Shown: positions 1-11,776, counted from the stretch's first letter. The stretch is 64,000 bases of DNA from an uncultured Gemmatimonadaceae bacterium (GCA_963843845.1 CAWJMB010000002.1:2560001-2624000); one strand, 5' to 3'. Notes: generated by a model not told the origin, from the letters alone. Numbers and translations are program-made.

Positions 1-686
1 GCGCTGGTTGCATCGCCCAATGCCAGCTCGTGCTGTCCGTGACCGAGGAATGACCGCCGATGATGCGCTGTAAGACCCAAATTGTCCAGCCCGGTTCGAT
101 GACCTGCCGTGCCGTAGCCGGCGTTTCGCTCCCAGCCGTAGCCAGGACGACGCACCGCGAGTGAGGTCATCAAACGATCACGCGTAATTTTCGCGACGAT
201 CGACGCGCACGCGATCGCATGCACCCGACCGTCCCCGCCGACGACGGCGGTGTGCGCCACGCCCAGCGTCCGGATCGGCCTGCCGTCGACGATGACGTGG
301 TGGGGACGACAGCCGAGCTGACGCTCCAGTCGCGCGAGGGCGCGCTGCATCGCGAGCACGGTGGCGTGATACACGTTCAGTCGATCGACCTCGCGCGCGC
401 TCGCCGCGCCGAGGGCGACCGCCAGCGCGCGCCGGCGGATGAGCGGCAGGAGGCGTTCGCGCTCGGCGGCGGAGAGCCGTTTCGAGTCGTCGATGCCGGG
501 GATCGCCCGCGCGTCAGGGGGCATGACGACGGCGCAGGCGACGACCGGGCCGGCGAGCGGGCCACGCCCGACCTCGTCGACGCCCGCGACGAGTGGGCCG
601 TGCGCCGCGCGAAGCGTCCGCTCGAGGGCGCTCCAACGCGAACGGCGCGCCCTGCGTGATGCAGAGCGCGCCGTTTCGTCGAGCAC
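1..686 (-). CDS. rnhB: Ribonuclease HII; 3' end runs off the window and it is absent from the ORF track
   Basis: Manual translation from GTG at 686 gives GVDEVGRGPLAGPVVACAV, IDDSKRLS, IVDG, ASIVAKITRD, HRRSF. Follows rplS. Confidence 0.93.
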   Translation of the reverse strand, partial: MLDETARSASRRARRSRWSALERTLRAAHGPLVAGVDEVGRGPLAGPVVACAVVMPPDARAIPGIDDSKRLSAAERERLLPLIRRRALAVALGAASAREVDRLNVYHATVLAMQRALARLERQLGCRPHHVIVDGRPIRTLGVAHTAVVGGDGRVHAIACASIVAKITRDRLMTSLAVRRPGYGWERNAGYGTAGHRTGLDNLGLTAHHRRSFLGHGQHELALGDATS

Positions 687-701
687 GGTGGTCCCGCCGG
701 A

Positions 702-1076
702 TCAGGCCTTCGCGGCCGCCGCGGCCTGGCGCGGGGGCGCCTTGCGCTCCTTGATGCGCGCCGCCTTGCCGGTGACGTTGCGGAGGTAGTAGAGCTTCGC
801 GCGGCGCACGAGGCCGCGCCGCACGACGGCGATGTCACCGAGCATCGGGCTGTGGACCGGGAAGATGCGCTCGACACCGATGCCGTTCGAGATCTTGCGA
901 ACGGTGAACGTCTCGCTCACGCCGCTGCCGCGCCGCGCGATGCAGACGCCCTCGAACGCCTGAAGGCGCTCCTTGTCGCCCTCCTTCACGCGAACGTTGA
1001 CACGCAGCGTGTCGCCGGCGCGGAACGGGGGAACGCTGCGGAGCCACTCCTTCTGGGTCTCGATGAACGGATGCAT
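702..1076 (-). CDS. rplS: 50S ribosomal protein L19
   Basis: [26 protein letters not shown]...[13 protein letters not shown] at 1076. Confidence 0.97.
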   Translation of the reverse strand: MHPFIETQKEWLRSVPPFRAGDTLRVNVRVKEGDKERLQAFEGVCIARRGSGVSETFTVRKISNGIGVERIFPVHSPMLGDIAVVRRGLVRRAKLYYLRNVTGKAARIKERKAPPRQAAAAAKA

Positions 1077-1164
1077 ATGACGCGCTGGGCTTGGTGGTGA
1101 CGCCCGTTCAGGCTTCAGGATACGGACAAGAGAATCGCAAGCTAACCGACGACGTGCCAGCCGA

Positions 1165-1998
1165 CTAGCCCACCGGGTCAGCTGGATCGCGGGGCGGGTC
1201 GGCAGCCGGCGGGCGAGAGCGGCGGCGCTTCGGCGGCTTCGACGGAGGGACCGGCTCGGGCAGACCGTCGCGCCGGGCGGCCAGGCGAACCCCTTCCCAC
1301 GCTCGCCACGCGGCGATCTTCGCATGGTCGCCCGAGAGCAGCACGTCGGGAACGGCGTGCCCGCGATAGCTCGGAGGCCGCGTGTAGCTCGGACCCGAGA
1401 GCTCTCGGCCGAAGAACGAGTCGCCGCGCGCGCTCTCGAGGTCGGACATCGCGCCCGGCAACAGCCGGACGACGGCGTCGACGATCGCGAGCGCCGCCGC
1501 TTCCCCCCCGCTCAAGACGAAATCGCCGAGCGACAGTTCCTCGGTCGCGAGGTGCTCGGCGACGCGCTGATCGACGTCCTTATAGTGGCCGCAGAGCAGC
1601 GTCAGCTCGTGTCCTTCGCTGAAACGAACGGCGTCGGCATGCGTGAAGCGGCGCCCGCGCGGCGAGAGCAGCACGATCGGCCGCGTCGCGCCGAGGGCGT
1701 CGACGGCCTCGAAGAACGGGGCTGGTGTCATCACCATCCCCGGCCCACCGCCGTACGGCGCGTCGTCGACCGTGCGGTGACGGTCGTGCGTGAAGTCACG
1801 CAGGTCGACGAGCCGGTACCGAACGCTGCCCGCCGCCGCCGCACGCGCAGGGATGCTCAGGCCGAGCGGCCCCTCGAAGAACGTCGGGAAGATCGTGACG
1901 ATGTTGATGACGAGCGGCCGGGGATCGGAGATCGGGGACACGGGGTCACGTCGGGCACCCGTCCCCCCGTCCCCGATCGCCGGCTCTTCGCTGCTCAT
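1165..1998 (-). CDS. trmD: tRNA (guanine-N1)-methyltransferase
   Basis: [41 protein letters not shown]. Lies in the rimM-trmD-rplS context. Confidence 0.96.
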   Translation of the reverse strand: MSSEEPAIGDGGTGARRDPVSPISDPRPLVINIVTIFPTFFEGPLGLSIPARAAAAGSVRYRLVDLRDFTHDRHRTVDDAPYGGGPGMVMTPAPFFEAVDALGATRPIVLLSPRGRRFTHADAVRFSEGHELTLLCGHYKDVDQRVAEHLATEELSLGDFVLSGGEAAALAIVDAVVRLLPGAMSDLESARGDSFFGRELSGPSYTRPPSYRGHAVPDVLLSGDHAKIAAWRAWEGVRLAARRDGLPEPVPPSKPPKRRRSRPPAADPPRDPADPVG

Positions 1999-2567
1999 TC
2001 CAACAGGCCGTCCGGCGGTGTCACGACGATGACGCGCCGAGTGAGATCGACCTCGGCGACCGTGTCGGGACGGTAGAGGAGCACCACCGTTCCCGTCGCC
2101 GGCGGCGCGCGCCGCACGTCGAGCGCGAGCCCTTGCGGCAGTTCGTACAACGCGGCCACGTCGCCGAGGCGCGTGCCGTCGGGAAGTTCGACCGCCAGAC
2201 CGACGAGATCGTGGTAGAAGACCTCGTCGTCGGCGGGCGGCGGCAGTTCGGACGCCGGGGCGAGAAGCGTGCGCTCGCGCCAGAGATCGGCCTCGTTGCG
2301 ATCGTCGATCGACGAGAGGGCGACGATCCAGCCGCCTTTGAACGGCGAGGCACGGCGCACGGTGAGTTCGCGCATCGGGCCGCTGCGGCCAGGCCCCGAG
2401 CGGAGCGGCCGCCCGTTCGGCAGGCCGGCGAAGAGCCGCCGGCCCGCGGCGAACACGACGTCGGGCGCGGTCGTGAGCGACTCGACCGCCAGCTCACCGC
2501 GGATGCCGTGCGCGTTCCGCACCCGCCCGACGACGACGAGGTCGTCGTCGCGCGGTTCGTCGATCAT
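1995..2567 (-). CDS. rimM: Ribosome maturation factor RimM
   Basis: VVGRVRNAHGIRGEL, FYHDLVGL. Operon context. Confidence 0.94.
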   Translation of the reverse strand: MIDEPRDDDLVVVGRVRNAHGIRGELAVESLTTAPDVVFAAGRRLFAGLPNGRPLRSGPGRSGPMRELTVRRASPFKGGWIVALSSIDDRNEADLWRERTLLAPASELPPPADDEVFYHDLVGLAVELPDGTRLGDVAALYELPQGLALDVRRAPPATGTVVLLYRPDTVAEVDLTRRVIVVTPPDGLLE

Positions 2568-2576
2568 GCTCGTGCG

Positions 2577-2984
2577 TTACTCGTCCGAGGTGTCGCTCAG
2601 CGGCACCGCGTTCGCGACGTCGGGCCCACCCTGCTCCGGCGTCGGCACGTCCGACGCAGCGGGGTTGGCGGACGGCTCCGAGTCCGGCAGCGCGACGGCG
2701 GATGCGGTCAGCGTGCGACCGAGCCGCGCCTCGTGGCGCTGCTTGAGCACGCCGGCCCGACGGAGCAGCGAGCGCACGGTGTCCGACGGCTGCGCACCGA
2801 CGCTCAGCCAGTAGTTGGCGCGGTCGAGCTTGATGTTGACCTTGTTCTCGTCGCTCGAGCGCGGCGCGTACTGGCCGATGATCTCGATGAACTTCCCGTC
2901 GCGCGGGCTCTTGGAGTCGGCGACGACGATACGGTACGCCGGGGCCTTCTTGCGGCCGACGCGGCGGAGACGGATACGAACCAT
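2577..2984 (-). CDS. rpsP: 30S ribosomal protein S16 with an acidic C-terminal tail
   Basis: [34 protein letters not shown]...GAQPSDTV. Confidence 0.97.
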   Translation of the reverse strand: MVRIRLRRVGRKKAPAYRIVVADSKSPRDGKFIEIIGQYAPRSSDENKVNIKLDRANYWLSVGAQPSDTVRSLLRRAGVLKQRHEARLGRTLTASAVALPDSEPSANPAASDVPTPEQGGPDVANAVPLSDTSDE

Positions 2985-3086
2985 GTGCCTAACGCTCGTT
3001 GCTGGAGTGGGTCATGCTGTCGGGGCTCATCGCGCGGCCGGCGTTTCCGGTGCGCACCCCGGTCGAGCTCACGGGACTCGGGCCCG

Positions 3087-4450
3087 TCACCGTCGGAACG
3101 GGGGTCGACCTCCTCCCCCATCCCGCCCGGCAGTCCCGGCAGGCCAGGCATCCGCCCGCCACCGGTCATCATCTTCATCATCTTCTGCATCTGCTTGAAC
3201 TGATCGAGCAGCTGGTTCACCTCGGTGACCGACCGCCCGGACCCCTTCGCGATGCGCAGCCGTCGCGACCCGTTCATCAGCTCAGGCTTCTTGCGCTCGG
3301 CGGGCGTCATCGAGAGCACCATCGCCTCGACGTGCTTCATCCGTTTCGGGTCGACGGCGTTGGCCTGCTTCAGCAGGGCCGAGTTCATCCCGGGGAGCAT
3401 CTTCAGGATGTTCTGCATCGGCCCGAGCTTCTGGATCTGGCGCATGGCCGTGAGGAAGTCCTCGAGGTCCATTCCCTCTTTGCGGACCTTCTTCTCGAGC
3501 CGCTTCGCCTCGTCCTGGTCGAACGTCGCCTGCGCCTTCTCGACGAGCGTGAGGATGTCACCCTGCTGCAGGATGCGCCCGGCCATGCGGTCCGGGTGGA
3601 AATCCTCGAGCGCGTCGAGCTTCTCCCCGACGCCGATGAACTTGATCGGCTTCTTCGTGATGCCGTAGATCGACAGCGCCGCACCGCCGCGAGCGTCGCC
3701 GTCCATCTTCGTGAGGATCACGCCGGTGACGCCGAGCGCATCGTCGAAGCCCTGCGCGATGCGCACGGCCTCCTGTCCGGTCATGCCGTCGGCGACGAAC
3801 AGGATCTCGGTCGGCTGCACGGCCGCCTTCAGCCGCTTCAGCTCGTCCATGAGCGTCGCGTCGATCTGCAGGCGGCCGGCGGTGTCGACGATCACGACGC
3901 GGTCGCGGGCGCTCTTGGCCTGCTCGATCCCGGCGCGTACGATCCGCACGACGTCGGTCGTCGAGCGATCGGCGTAGACCGGAACGTCGAGCTGGCGGCC
4001 CAGCGTTTCGAGCTGGTCGATCGCGGCCGGTCGGTAGACGTCGGCGGCGATGAGCCGGACCTGGCGCCCTTCGCCTTTCAGCTTCCGCGCGAGCTTGCCC
4101 GCCGACGTCGTCTTCCCCGAGCCCTGCAGACCGACCATCATGACGACGGTGGGCGGGATGGTGCTCATCTTGAGCCCTTCCTGCCGCTCGCCGAGCATCG
4201 TCGTCAGCTCGTCGTAGACGACTTTGACGAGCTGCTGCGCGGGGTTGACCCCACGGAGCTGTGCGACACCGATCGCCTTCTGCTCGACCCGCTCCAGGAA
4301 CTGGCGCGTCAGCGCGAAGTTCACGTCGGCCTCGAGGAGGACGCGACGCACTTCGCGCAGCCCTTCCTTGATGTCGGCTTCGGTGAGGACGCCGCGCCCG
4401 CGCAGGCGGGAGAACGTCGCTTCCAGTTTCTCGGTCAGCTCATCGAACAT
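3087..4450 (-). CDS. ffh: Signal recognition particle protein; probable 1-nt homopolymer frameshift near 3117
   Basis: GLQGSGKTT, DTAGR, TKMDGDARGG and an M domain. Adding one G gives ...MGGGGRPPFRR* with a stop at 3087 and removes the overlap with rpsP. Confidence 0.93.
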
Positions 4451-4545
4451 AGCCTTCTAAGGTACCGTCACATAACATCTTGGGCAACCGGCGCGGGTCT
4501 CGCCGCGCGGTGCTTCAGTCGTCACTCCGGTTCCGACGTATCCGC

Positions 4546-7029
4546 ATGGCTCGCTCGCAGCGCAAGGACGAAATTCTCGCCTCGGAGGTCCCGCCGGTCC
4601 TCCCGCTCATGGCACTCCGCTCGACCATCGTCTACCCGCTCGGGACGATCGCCGTGCAGATGGGGGCGCCGGAGAACCTGGCGCTGCTCCGCGCGCACGA
4701 CGAGCCCGGCGTCATCGTCGCGCTCGTCGTCGCCTCGGGCGATCACGAAGATCCGCTCGAAGTCGGCAAGTTCGTCGGCCGCGTCGGCGTCGCTGCGCGG
4801 GTACACGAGCGGATCAACCTGCCCGGCGACACGGTTCAGATCACGCTGCAGGGCCTGCGGCGCATCAGGATCGACGGCATCGAGCAGGCCGAGCCCTACG
4901 CGATCGCGAAGGTGCAGCCCGCCACGGACGTCCCCGCCGACGGCGCCGAAGTCGACGACCTGGTGACGCGCGTGGCGACGGCCGCCGAGGCGCTCGCGAA
5001 CATGGTGGATCGGATCCCCGACGAGGTCCCGGCGATCCTCAAGATGAACGTGTCGGACCCGGGACGCTTCGCCGACCTCGCGGCGACGAACATGAACTTC
5101 CGCATCGCCGACAAAGACGAGGTGTTGCAGCGTCTCGACGTCGGCCAGCGCCTGCGCTTCATCCTGTCGCGCCTCGAGCGCGAGGTGGCGCGGGCGCGCG
5201 TGATGGAAGACGTCAAGCGCCAGACGGAGATCAAGATCGAGCAGCACCAGCGCGAGTTCTACCTCCGCCAGCAGCTCCGCGCGATCCAGACGGAGCTCGG
5301 CGAGACCGACCCCGGCGAGAAGGAGGCGGTCGACCTGCTGCGGCGCGTCGACGAGGCGAAGCTCCCGGAACGCGTCGGACAGGAGGCCAAGCGCGAGGTC
5401 GAGCGGCTGCGCATGCTCTCGCCCGCGTCGAGCGAGTACCAGGTCATCCGCACGTACCTCGACTGGATCCTCGCGCTGCCCTACAACACGGTCAGCGGCG
5501 ACAAGGAGATCGACCTCAAGAAGGTCGAGGAGGCGTTAGGCGAGCGGCACTACGGTCTCGACGAAGCGAAGGATCGCATCATCGAGTACCTCGCCGTGCA
5601 GAAGTTGAAGGGGGGCAATCCGAGCGGTCCGATCCTCTGTTTCGCCGGCCCGCCTGGTACCGGCAAGACGTCGCTCGGCGAGGTCATCGCGAAGGCGATC
5701 GGTCGCGAGTTCTACCGCATCTCGGTCGGCGGCGTACGCGACGAGGCAGAGGTGCGCGGCCACCGGCGCACGTACGTCGGCTCGATGCCCGGGCTGCTGA
5801 TCCAGGCGGCGCGTCGCGTGGGCGTGAAAGATCCCGTGTTCCTGATCGACGAGATCGACAAGATGTCCGGCGGCGGCCCGTCGGGCGATCCGACGGCCGC
5901 GATGCTCGAAGTGCTCGATCCATCGCAGAACTCGACGTTCACCGATCACTACCTGAACCTGCCGTTCGACCTGTCGTCGGTGCTGTTCATCTGCACGGCG
6001 AACAACGTCTTCGACATCCCGGGCCCGCTGCGCGACCGCATGGAGGTCATCCGCATCGCCGGGTACACGATCGAGGAGAAGGTCGAGATCGCGTGGCGCT
6101 ACCTGATCCCGAAGCTGCTCGACGACCACGGGCTCAGCGACAAGGACATCGTCTTCACCGACGAGGTGCTGTCGTTCGTGTCCAGCCGGTACTCGCGCGA
6201 GGCGGGGCTCCGGAACTTCAGCCGGAATGTGGCGACGCTCATGCGCAAGCGCGCACGCCGCAAGGCCGACGGCGAGGAGGGCGCGTGGGTGCTCGACCTG
6301 GCCTCCGTCGAGGAAGTGTTGGGGCCGCCGCGGTACGCCGTCGAGGAGGCGGAGAAGGAGCCGGAGATCGGCGCCGTGACGGGTCTCGCGTGGACGGCGA
6401 CCGGCGGTGATCTCATGGTGATCGAGGCGCTGCGCATGCCCGGCTCCGGGCGCCTCACCGTCACCGGCCAGCTCGGCGACGTGATGCGCGAGAGCGTCGA
6501 CGCGGCGCACTCGTTCGTGCGGTCGCGCGCCGTCCAGATCGGAGTCGACGAGCGCGAGTTCAAGGACTCGGACGTGCACATGCACTTCCCCGCCGGCGCG
6601 ATTCCGAAAGACGGTCCGTCGGCCGGCATCGCGATCACGCTGGCGATCGCCAGCGTGCTCTCACGCCGGCCGGTCCGCCGCGATCTCGCGATGACCGGGG
6701 AGGTGACGCTGCGCGGACGGGTGCTCGAGATCGGCGGCGTGAAGGAGAAGGTGCTCGCCGCGTACCGCGCCGGCCTGCGCGAGGTGATCCTCCCGAAGGG
6801 GAACGAGAAGGATCTGCGGGACGTGCCGGCCGAGGTGCGGCAGAACATGACGTTCACCTTCGCCGGCTCGATGGACGAGGTACTGCGGCTGGCGCTCCTC
6901 GAGCGGCCGATCGGGCGCGCGGATCGGGCGCCGAACGACACCGACGCGGTGTCCGACTCGCTGGAGCTCGAGATCGGGGCGAATCGGCGGACGCCGTCGG
7001 CACGCGACGAGGTCACGGTGGCCGACTGA
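4546..7029 (+). CDS. lon: ATP-dependent protease La (paralog 1)
   Basis: Lon N-domain, [32 protein letters not shown] and the catalytic Lys (GGVKEK). Confidence 0.96.
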   Translation: MARSQRKDEILASEVPPVLPLMALRSTIVYPLGTIAVQMGAPENLALLRAHDEPGVIVALVVASGDHEDPLEVGKFVGRVGVAARVHERINLPGDTVQITLQGLRRIRIDGIEQAEPYAIAKVQPATDVPADGAEVDDLVTRVATAAEALANMVDRIPDEVPAILKMNVSDPGRFADLAATNMNFRIADKDEVLQRLDVGQRLRFILSRLEREVARARVMEDVKRQTEIKIEQHQREFYLRQQLRAIQTELGETDPGEKEAVDLLRRVDEAKLPERVGQEAKREVERLRMLSPASSEYQVIRTYLDWILALPYNTVSGDKEIDLKKVEEALGERHYGLDEAKDRIIEYLAVQKLKGGNPSGPILCFAGPPGTGKTSLGEVIAKAIGREFYRISVGGVRDEAEVRGHRRTYVGSMPGLLIQAARRVGVKDPVFLIDEIDKMSGGGPSGDPTAAMLEVLDPSQNSTFTDHYLNLPFDLSSVLFICTANNVFDIPGPLRDRMEVIRIAGYTIEEKVEIAWRYLIPKLLDDHGLSDKDIVFTDEVLSFVSSRYSREAGLRNFSRNVATLMRKRARRKADGEEGAWVLDLASVEEVLGPPRYAVEEAEKEPEIGAVTGLAWTATGGDLMVIEALRMPGSGRLTVTGQLGDVMRESVDAAHSFVRSRAVQIGVDEREFKDSDVHMHFPAGAIPKDGPSAGIAITLAIASVLSRRPVRRDLAMTGEVTLRGRVLEIGGVKEKVLAAYRAGLREVILPKGNEKDLRDVPAEVRQNMTFTFAGSMDEVLRLALLERPIGRADRAPNDTDAVSDSLELEIGANRRTPSARDEVTVAD

Positions 7030-7031
7030 CC

Positions 7032-7047
7032 GCGGCGGGCCCGCCGC
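7032..7047. terminator. Perfect palindrome between convergent lon and DUF445 genes; possible bidirectional terminator
   Basis: GCGGCGGGCCCGCCGC with no clear U-tract. Confidence 0.3.
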
Positions 7048-8390
7048 TAGAAGAGCCGCTGCACCGTGTAGAGCGCCAGCCCCACGAGCCCGCCGACGAC
7101 GGTCCCATTGATCCGGATGTACTGCAGGTCCTTCCCGATCTGCACTTCGATGCGGCGCGAGGTCGCGTCGGGATCCCAGCCGGCGACGGTCTGCTCGATG
7201 AGCTGCGAGACTTCCGCGCGGTACTGCTCGACGGCGAAGAGCACGGCGTCGGCGATCCAGCGGTCGACCTTCGCCATCAGCTCGGCGTCGGCGAGGATCG
7301 CGGCGCCCAACGAGACGAGGCCTCGCTCGATCGCGTCGAGCAGACTCGTTCCCTCGCCCTGCTCGGCGTAACGCGCGAGCTTCGCCTTCACGTCGCTCCA
7401 CACGGACGCGGCGTACTCGCGCACGGCGGGGTGCGTGAGCACTTCTTCCTTGATCGCCTCGGTGCGAGCGATCGTCGTCGGCGAGGTGCGGAGCCGCTCG
7501 GCGAAGGTGCGGGCGGCTTCGTCGAATCGGGCGCGCACGGGGTGCTCGGGGTTCTGCCCGATCTCGTGCAGCGTGCGCTCGAGCGCGGCGACGACCTTGT
7601 CGTGGATCCGGTCCTCCACGGCGCCCGGGACCCACCACGGCGACTCGGCCGCGATGCGGTCACGGATCATCGTCTCGTTCTCGGCGACGAACTTCGCGGC
7701 GAGACGAAGCGCTTCGTCCAGCAGCTCCTGATGCCGCCCGTCCGCCGTGAGCAACGCGACGCCGCGGCCCAACAGCGGCGCGACGTGGATCGCGCGGGCG
7801 CGCGTCACGAGGCTCCGCTCGATGAACTCCTGTACGTCGTCGTCGCGCAGCACCTGCGCCGCACCGTGCAGGCTCGCCGCGACCTGCCGGCCGACGGTGC
7901 GCGCGTGCGCCGGGTCCGAGAGCCACGTCGCGAGCTTGCGCGCGACCTGCGCCGTCTCGAGCTTCGCCCCGACGACCTCGCGCGCGAGGAAGTTGCGCTG
8001 CACGAACAGCCCGAGGCTGCGGCCGATCCGGTCCTTGCGCGCCGGCACGATCGCCGTGTGCGGAATCCGCAGCCCCAATGGATGGCGAAAGAGCGCCGTC
8101 ACCGCGAACCAGTCCGCCACCCCGCCGACGACCGATGCCTCGGCCATCGCGCGCACATAGCCGAGCCACGGGTAGCGCGGCTCGAACCAGCGCGCGACGG
8201 CGAACAGCACGGCGGCGACGACGAGCAGCCCCGTCGCGCGGCGCTGCATGACCGTGAGTTGCCTCGCCTTCTCCGCCTCGTCGGCGATCGGTGGCGGGAC
8301 GCGCGGGTCGTGCCCGGCCGCGTGGTCAGGGGTGCCGATCGGGGAGGGCTCGACGGCCCGCTCGGCCGGCGCGAGGAGCGGGGTCGTCAC
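7047..8390 (-). CDS. DUF445 family membrane protein
   Basis: AEASVVGGVADWFAVTALFRHPLG...HTAIVP and GKDLQYIRINGTVVGGLVG. Confidence 0.88.
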   Translation of the reverse strand: MTTPLLAPAERAVEPSPIGTPDHAAGHDPRVPPPIADEAEKARQLTVMQRRATGLLVVAAVLFAVARWFEPRYPWLGYVRAMAEASVVGGVADWFAVTALFRHPLGLRIPHTAIVPARKDRIGRSLGLFVQRNFLAREVVGAKLETAQVARKLATWLSDPAHARTVGRQVAASLHGAAQVLRDDDVQEFIERSLVTRARAIHVAPLLGRGVALLTADGRHQELLDEALRLAAKFVAENETMIRDRIAAESPWWVPGAVEDRIHDKVVAALERTLHEIGQNPEHPVRARFDEAARTFAERLRTSPTTIARTEAIKEEVLTHPAVREYAASVWSDVKAKLARYAEQGEGTSLLDAIERGLVSLGAAILADAELMAKVDRWIADAVLFAVEQYRAEVSQLIEQTVAGWDPDATSRRIEVQIGKDLQYIRINGTVVGGLVGLALYTVQRLF

Positions 8391-9680
8391 TCGCGCAGCG
8401 TGACCTTCGCGAGGTCGATCAGTGAGCGAGACGAACCCGCCGGCGCGTCGACGTAGAGCACCGCCGAGAGACCGCCGACCTCACCGGGTTGCAGGACCAG
8501 CGCGCGGGACCGGTCCGCCGTGTACCGGCGACCGCCCCCGGGCGTCGCGTCGCTCGACACCACCGCTGCGTCCGGGTAGCGCTTCGGGATCACGGAGCCG
8601 AGTGCGTCGTAGAACGCAGCGGCGTCTTCAGCGGTGTCCCACACGGTGACCCAGGCGAACGCGTCGCCCTGGGGCGTGCGGATGACGGCGAACCGGTCCC
8701 CGCCCCAGCCGAGCGCCGCACGGGCGGCTTCGTCGAGCTCCTGCAGGTGATGGAAGAGCAGCAGGCGCGTGGCGAACTCCCCGAGCGTGTTCTGGCGGAC
8801 GATCGTACCGCCGTTCGGAGTCGGGAGGACCACCGTGCGTGGCACGTCGGGCGGGCCGCCGTTCCTCCCGAAATAGGCATCGGCGTGCAATACCTGCTCG
8901 GTCGACTGTGGCAGGCGCGTCAGGAGCGAGTCGCCGCTCCCGCGGTCGGCGAGACGGCGCGCGAACTCGGCGCCGCTGAGGTACGGAAAGAGCAGCGTCT
9001 CGCGCACGACGAACGGCGCGTCGGCGATGGCGGGCGTGCGGTCCATGTTGTCGCGGATCTGCCCGCGGATGCGCTCCCACGCGCCGGGGCCGCGCAGCGC
9101 GATGCCTAACGACGCGAACTGCGCGAACGTCGCCTCGCCTTCGAGCGCCGACTGTGCGGCGATCGCGCGGTCGCTCTGGCCCGCGATGCGCAGCGCGGAG
9201 TCGACGTCGAGATGCTGGTCTTGCAGCGCGTGGACCAGCTCGTGACGCAGCGTGGTCTCTGCCGCCGCGCTGTCGGCGCCCTCGACGATGTACAGCGTCT
9301 TCGACGGCGGGTCGTAGTAGCCGACGATCTGTTGGGCGAGCAGCCGCCCGAGCAGCGCCCGGAGATCGACGGAGTCGGGAATCAGCGCGAAGCGCTTGTA
9401 CGCGGCCTCGAGCGACGCGAGGTCGTCGCGCGCGAGCGAGTCGTTCAGCTGCCGCTCGACGTAGCCGCGCACCTGCTCGGCGGTGCGTACCTCGACCTTC
9501 GGCGGCGTGACGAACTTGAGCCCCGTCTGCTCCTCGATCTGGGGTGCGATCGCGATGGCGCGCTCGACGTACGTGCGGTAGCTCACGGGCTTCTCGCACC
9601 GCCGAGAGCCCGGCGAGCGTCGAGAGCGCGGCGAGCGTCGCGAGCGCGCCGGCGGCGATCGTCGGGCGCCTCACGGCCAC
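8387..9680 (-). CDS. Putative lipoprotein with an HExxH (zincin-like) motif; frameshift near 9600
   Basis: HELVHALQDQH...ALEGEA. A signal peptide ([28 protein letters not shown]) joins the 8387-9586 ORF if one base is removed. Confidence 0.65.
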
Positions 9681-10879
9681 GTGACCGTCCGGCCGACCAT
9701 CCGTCCGACGACGCGTGCCACGTCGACGCCGCGGACGACCGCGCCGTCGGTCATGAGCGCGGACACGAGGTCGGCCTCGATCTCGCCGAGGGCGCGGGGT
9801 GGAGGGGGCGGCGGCGCGCCCGGATCGCCCGGCGCCGTGGCGGCGGGGCTGGGGCGCGACTTCGGCACGGCCTCGACCTTCGGCTCGGCGAAGAAGTTCT
9901 CGATCTCCGTCCCGAAGCGCTCGAGCGCGGCCATCCCGTCGCGCGCATAGCGCTCGAACCGCTCGCCGCTCGACTCGTCGTCGAACGGCACGGTCGCCTC
10001 GCGTGGCGCCGGCTCCGCCCGACGTTCACGTCGCGGCGGTGGGGGCGGTGCGGCCGCGGCCTCGCGCGCGGCGATCGCCTCGCGACGTTCGTGCAGCAGC
10101 GCCTCGGTGCGCGGCGTGTGCGTCGTCTTGCCCTGCACGTGCGCGCACGCTTCGTCGAGCGCGTCGATCGCGCGGTCCGGGCGGACGCGGTCGACGAGCC
10201 ACTCGTCCGTGAGGCGGAGGGCCGCGGTCACCGCGTCGTCGCTCAGCAGCACGCCGTGGTGGCGTTCGAGAACGCGCTGGCGCGCGCGCAGTACGTCCAT
10301 CGTCTCCTCCGACGTGAGCTCGCGCACCTCGACGCGCTGGAAGCGGCGCTCGAGCGCGGGGTCCGACATGATCCACCGATCGTACTCGTCGCTCGTCGTC
10401 GCACCGATGACGCGGAAGTCGCCGCGGGTCAGCGCCGGCTTCAGCATGTTGCCGGCGTCCATCGCCGCGCCCTGCGCCGTTCCCTGGCCGACGAGGTTGT
10501 GCAGCTCGTCGACGAACAGGATCACGTCCGGGGCGGCCGAGACCTCGGCGACGATCGCCTGCATCCGCTCCTCGTACTGACCGCGGTACATGGTGCCGCC
10601 CAGCAGCGCCATGTGGTCGAGCGAGAGGATGCGCGAGCCGCGCAGCGAGAGCGGCAGGCGGTCGGTCGCGGCGCGCTGGGCGAGCCCTTCGACGATCGCC
10701 GTCTTGCCGACGCCGGCGGCGCCGACGAGGACCGGATTGTTCTTGCCGTGGCGCAGCAAGACGTCGACGACGCGGTCGATCTCGTGGGCGCGGGCGCGGA
10801 TCGGGTCGAGGCGGCCCGCGCGCGCGGCGGCGGTCAGATCGCGCGTGAACTTGCGGAGAGCAGCTTCCTGACGCGCCAT
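9671..10879 (-). CDS. Clp/Hsp100-like ATPase with NBD1 only
   Basis: [60 protein letters not shown]. No NBD2. Confidence 0.85.
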   Translation of the reverse strand: MARQEAALRKFTRDLTAAARAGRLDPIRARAHEIDRVVDVLLRHGKNNPVLVGAAGVGKTAIVEGLAQRAATDRLPLSLRGSRILSLDHMALLGGTMYRGQYEERMQAIVAEVSAAPDVILFVDELHNLVGQGTAQGAAMDAGNMLKPALTRGDFRVIGATTSDEYDRWIMSDPALERRFQRVEVRELTSEETMDVLRARQRVLERHHGVLLSDDAVTAALRLTDEWLVDRVRPDRAIDALDEACAHVQGKTTHTPRTEALLHERREAIAAREAAAAPPPPPRRERRAEPAPREATVPFDDESSGERFERYARDGMAALERFGTEIENFFAEPKVEAVPKSRPSPAATAPGDPGAPPPPPPRALGEIEADLVSALMTDGAVVRGVDVARVVGRMVGRTVTWP

Positions 10880-10890
10880 GGGCCGAAGCG

Positions 10891-11776
10891 TCACGAGTTG
10901 CAGAATGTGAGTGACGTACCAGGCGATCAGCCGCTCGCCCCAGAGGAGCGTCGCTACCGCCGCTGGTGCGAGAAACACACCGAACGGAATCTCGGTGATG
11001 TCGCGCGCGCCGTCGACCTCGGCCCCGTCGTCGACCGTACCCGACGAGACGGCGATCGTTCGGCGCCTCGCCTCGAGCACGCGCGCCGGCACGATGACGA
11101 TCGTCGCGACGATGGCGCCGATGAACGCGGCGACGAGCACGGTCAGCCCCGCGCGCTCGGGCCCGAGCGCCGCGCCGACCCCGGCCATCATGGTCACGTC
11201 CCCCTCGCCCATCGCCTCGCGCCCGAACGCCCGCTCGCCGAGCCACCGCAGAATCGCGATCGCGCCGGCGCCGGTGCACGCCCCGACGATGGCCTCGTAC
11301 GGGCCGGCGAAGCGCGACGTTTCGTTCAGGCTCGGCACGACCCAGATCGCGGTGGCGACCGCGACCTGCCAGCCGAGCAGGAAGATCGTGAAACCGTCCG
11401 GAATGACGTAGTGACGCGCGTCGGTGGCCGCGATGCCGAGCAGCACGGTACCGAAGACCGCGACGCGGAGCGCTTCGAGCGTCGGGCCGAACGCGAGCAC
11501 GGCGCCGGCCCACCCGAGTGCGACGGCGAGCTCGATGGCTGGATAGAGCGGCGAGATCGAGAGCCCGCACCCCGCGCAGCGGCCGCGGAGCAGCAGCCAG
11601 CTCACGATCGGCACGTTCTCGTACCAGCGCACGCCGCGCCCGCACTTCGGGCAGCGCGACGGCGGCCGGACGACCGACAGCCCGTCAGGCCAGCGCACGA
11701 TGCAGACGTTCAGGAACGAGCCGATCACGGCGCCGAGGGCGAACGCGAACGCGACGGGAAGCAGCGGAGGGATCAC
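10891..11776 (-). CDS. pilD: Type IV prepilin peptidase/N-methyltransferase; reads in frame into the Clp-like ORF, so the end is inferred
   Basis: GSFLNVCIVR, SRCPKC/GRCAGC, MGEGDV, IPFGVFLA. GTG at 11776 overlaps the upstream stop. Confidence 0.85.

Noticed and set aside
2804..3120. Apparent C-terminal extension of Ffh overlapping rpsP
   Set aside because: A single missing G in a homopolymer explains it. The corrected frame ends GGGGRPPFRR* at 3087.
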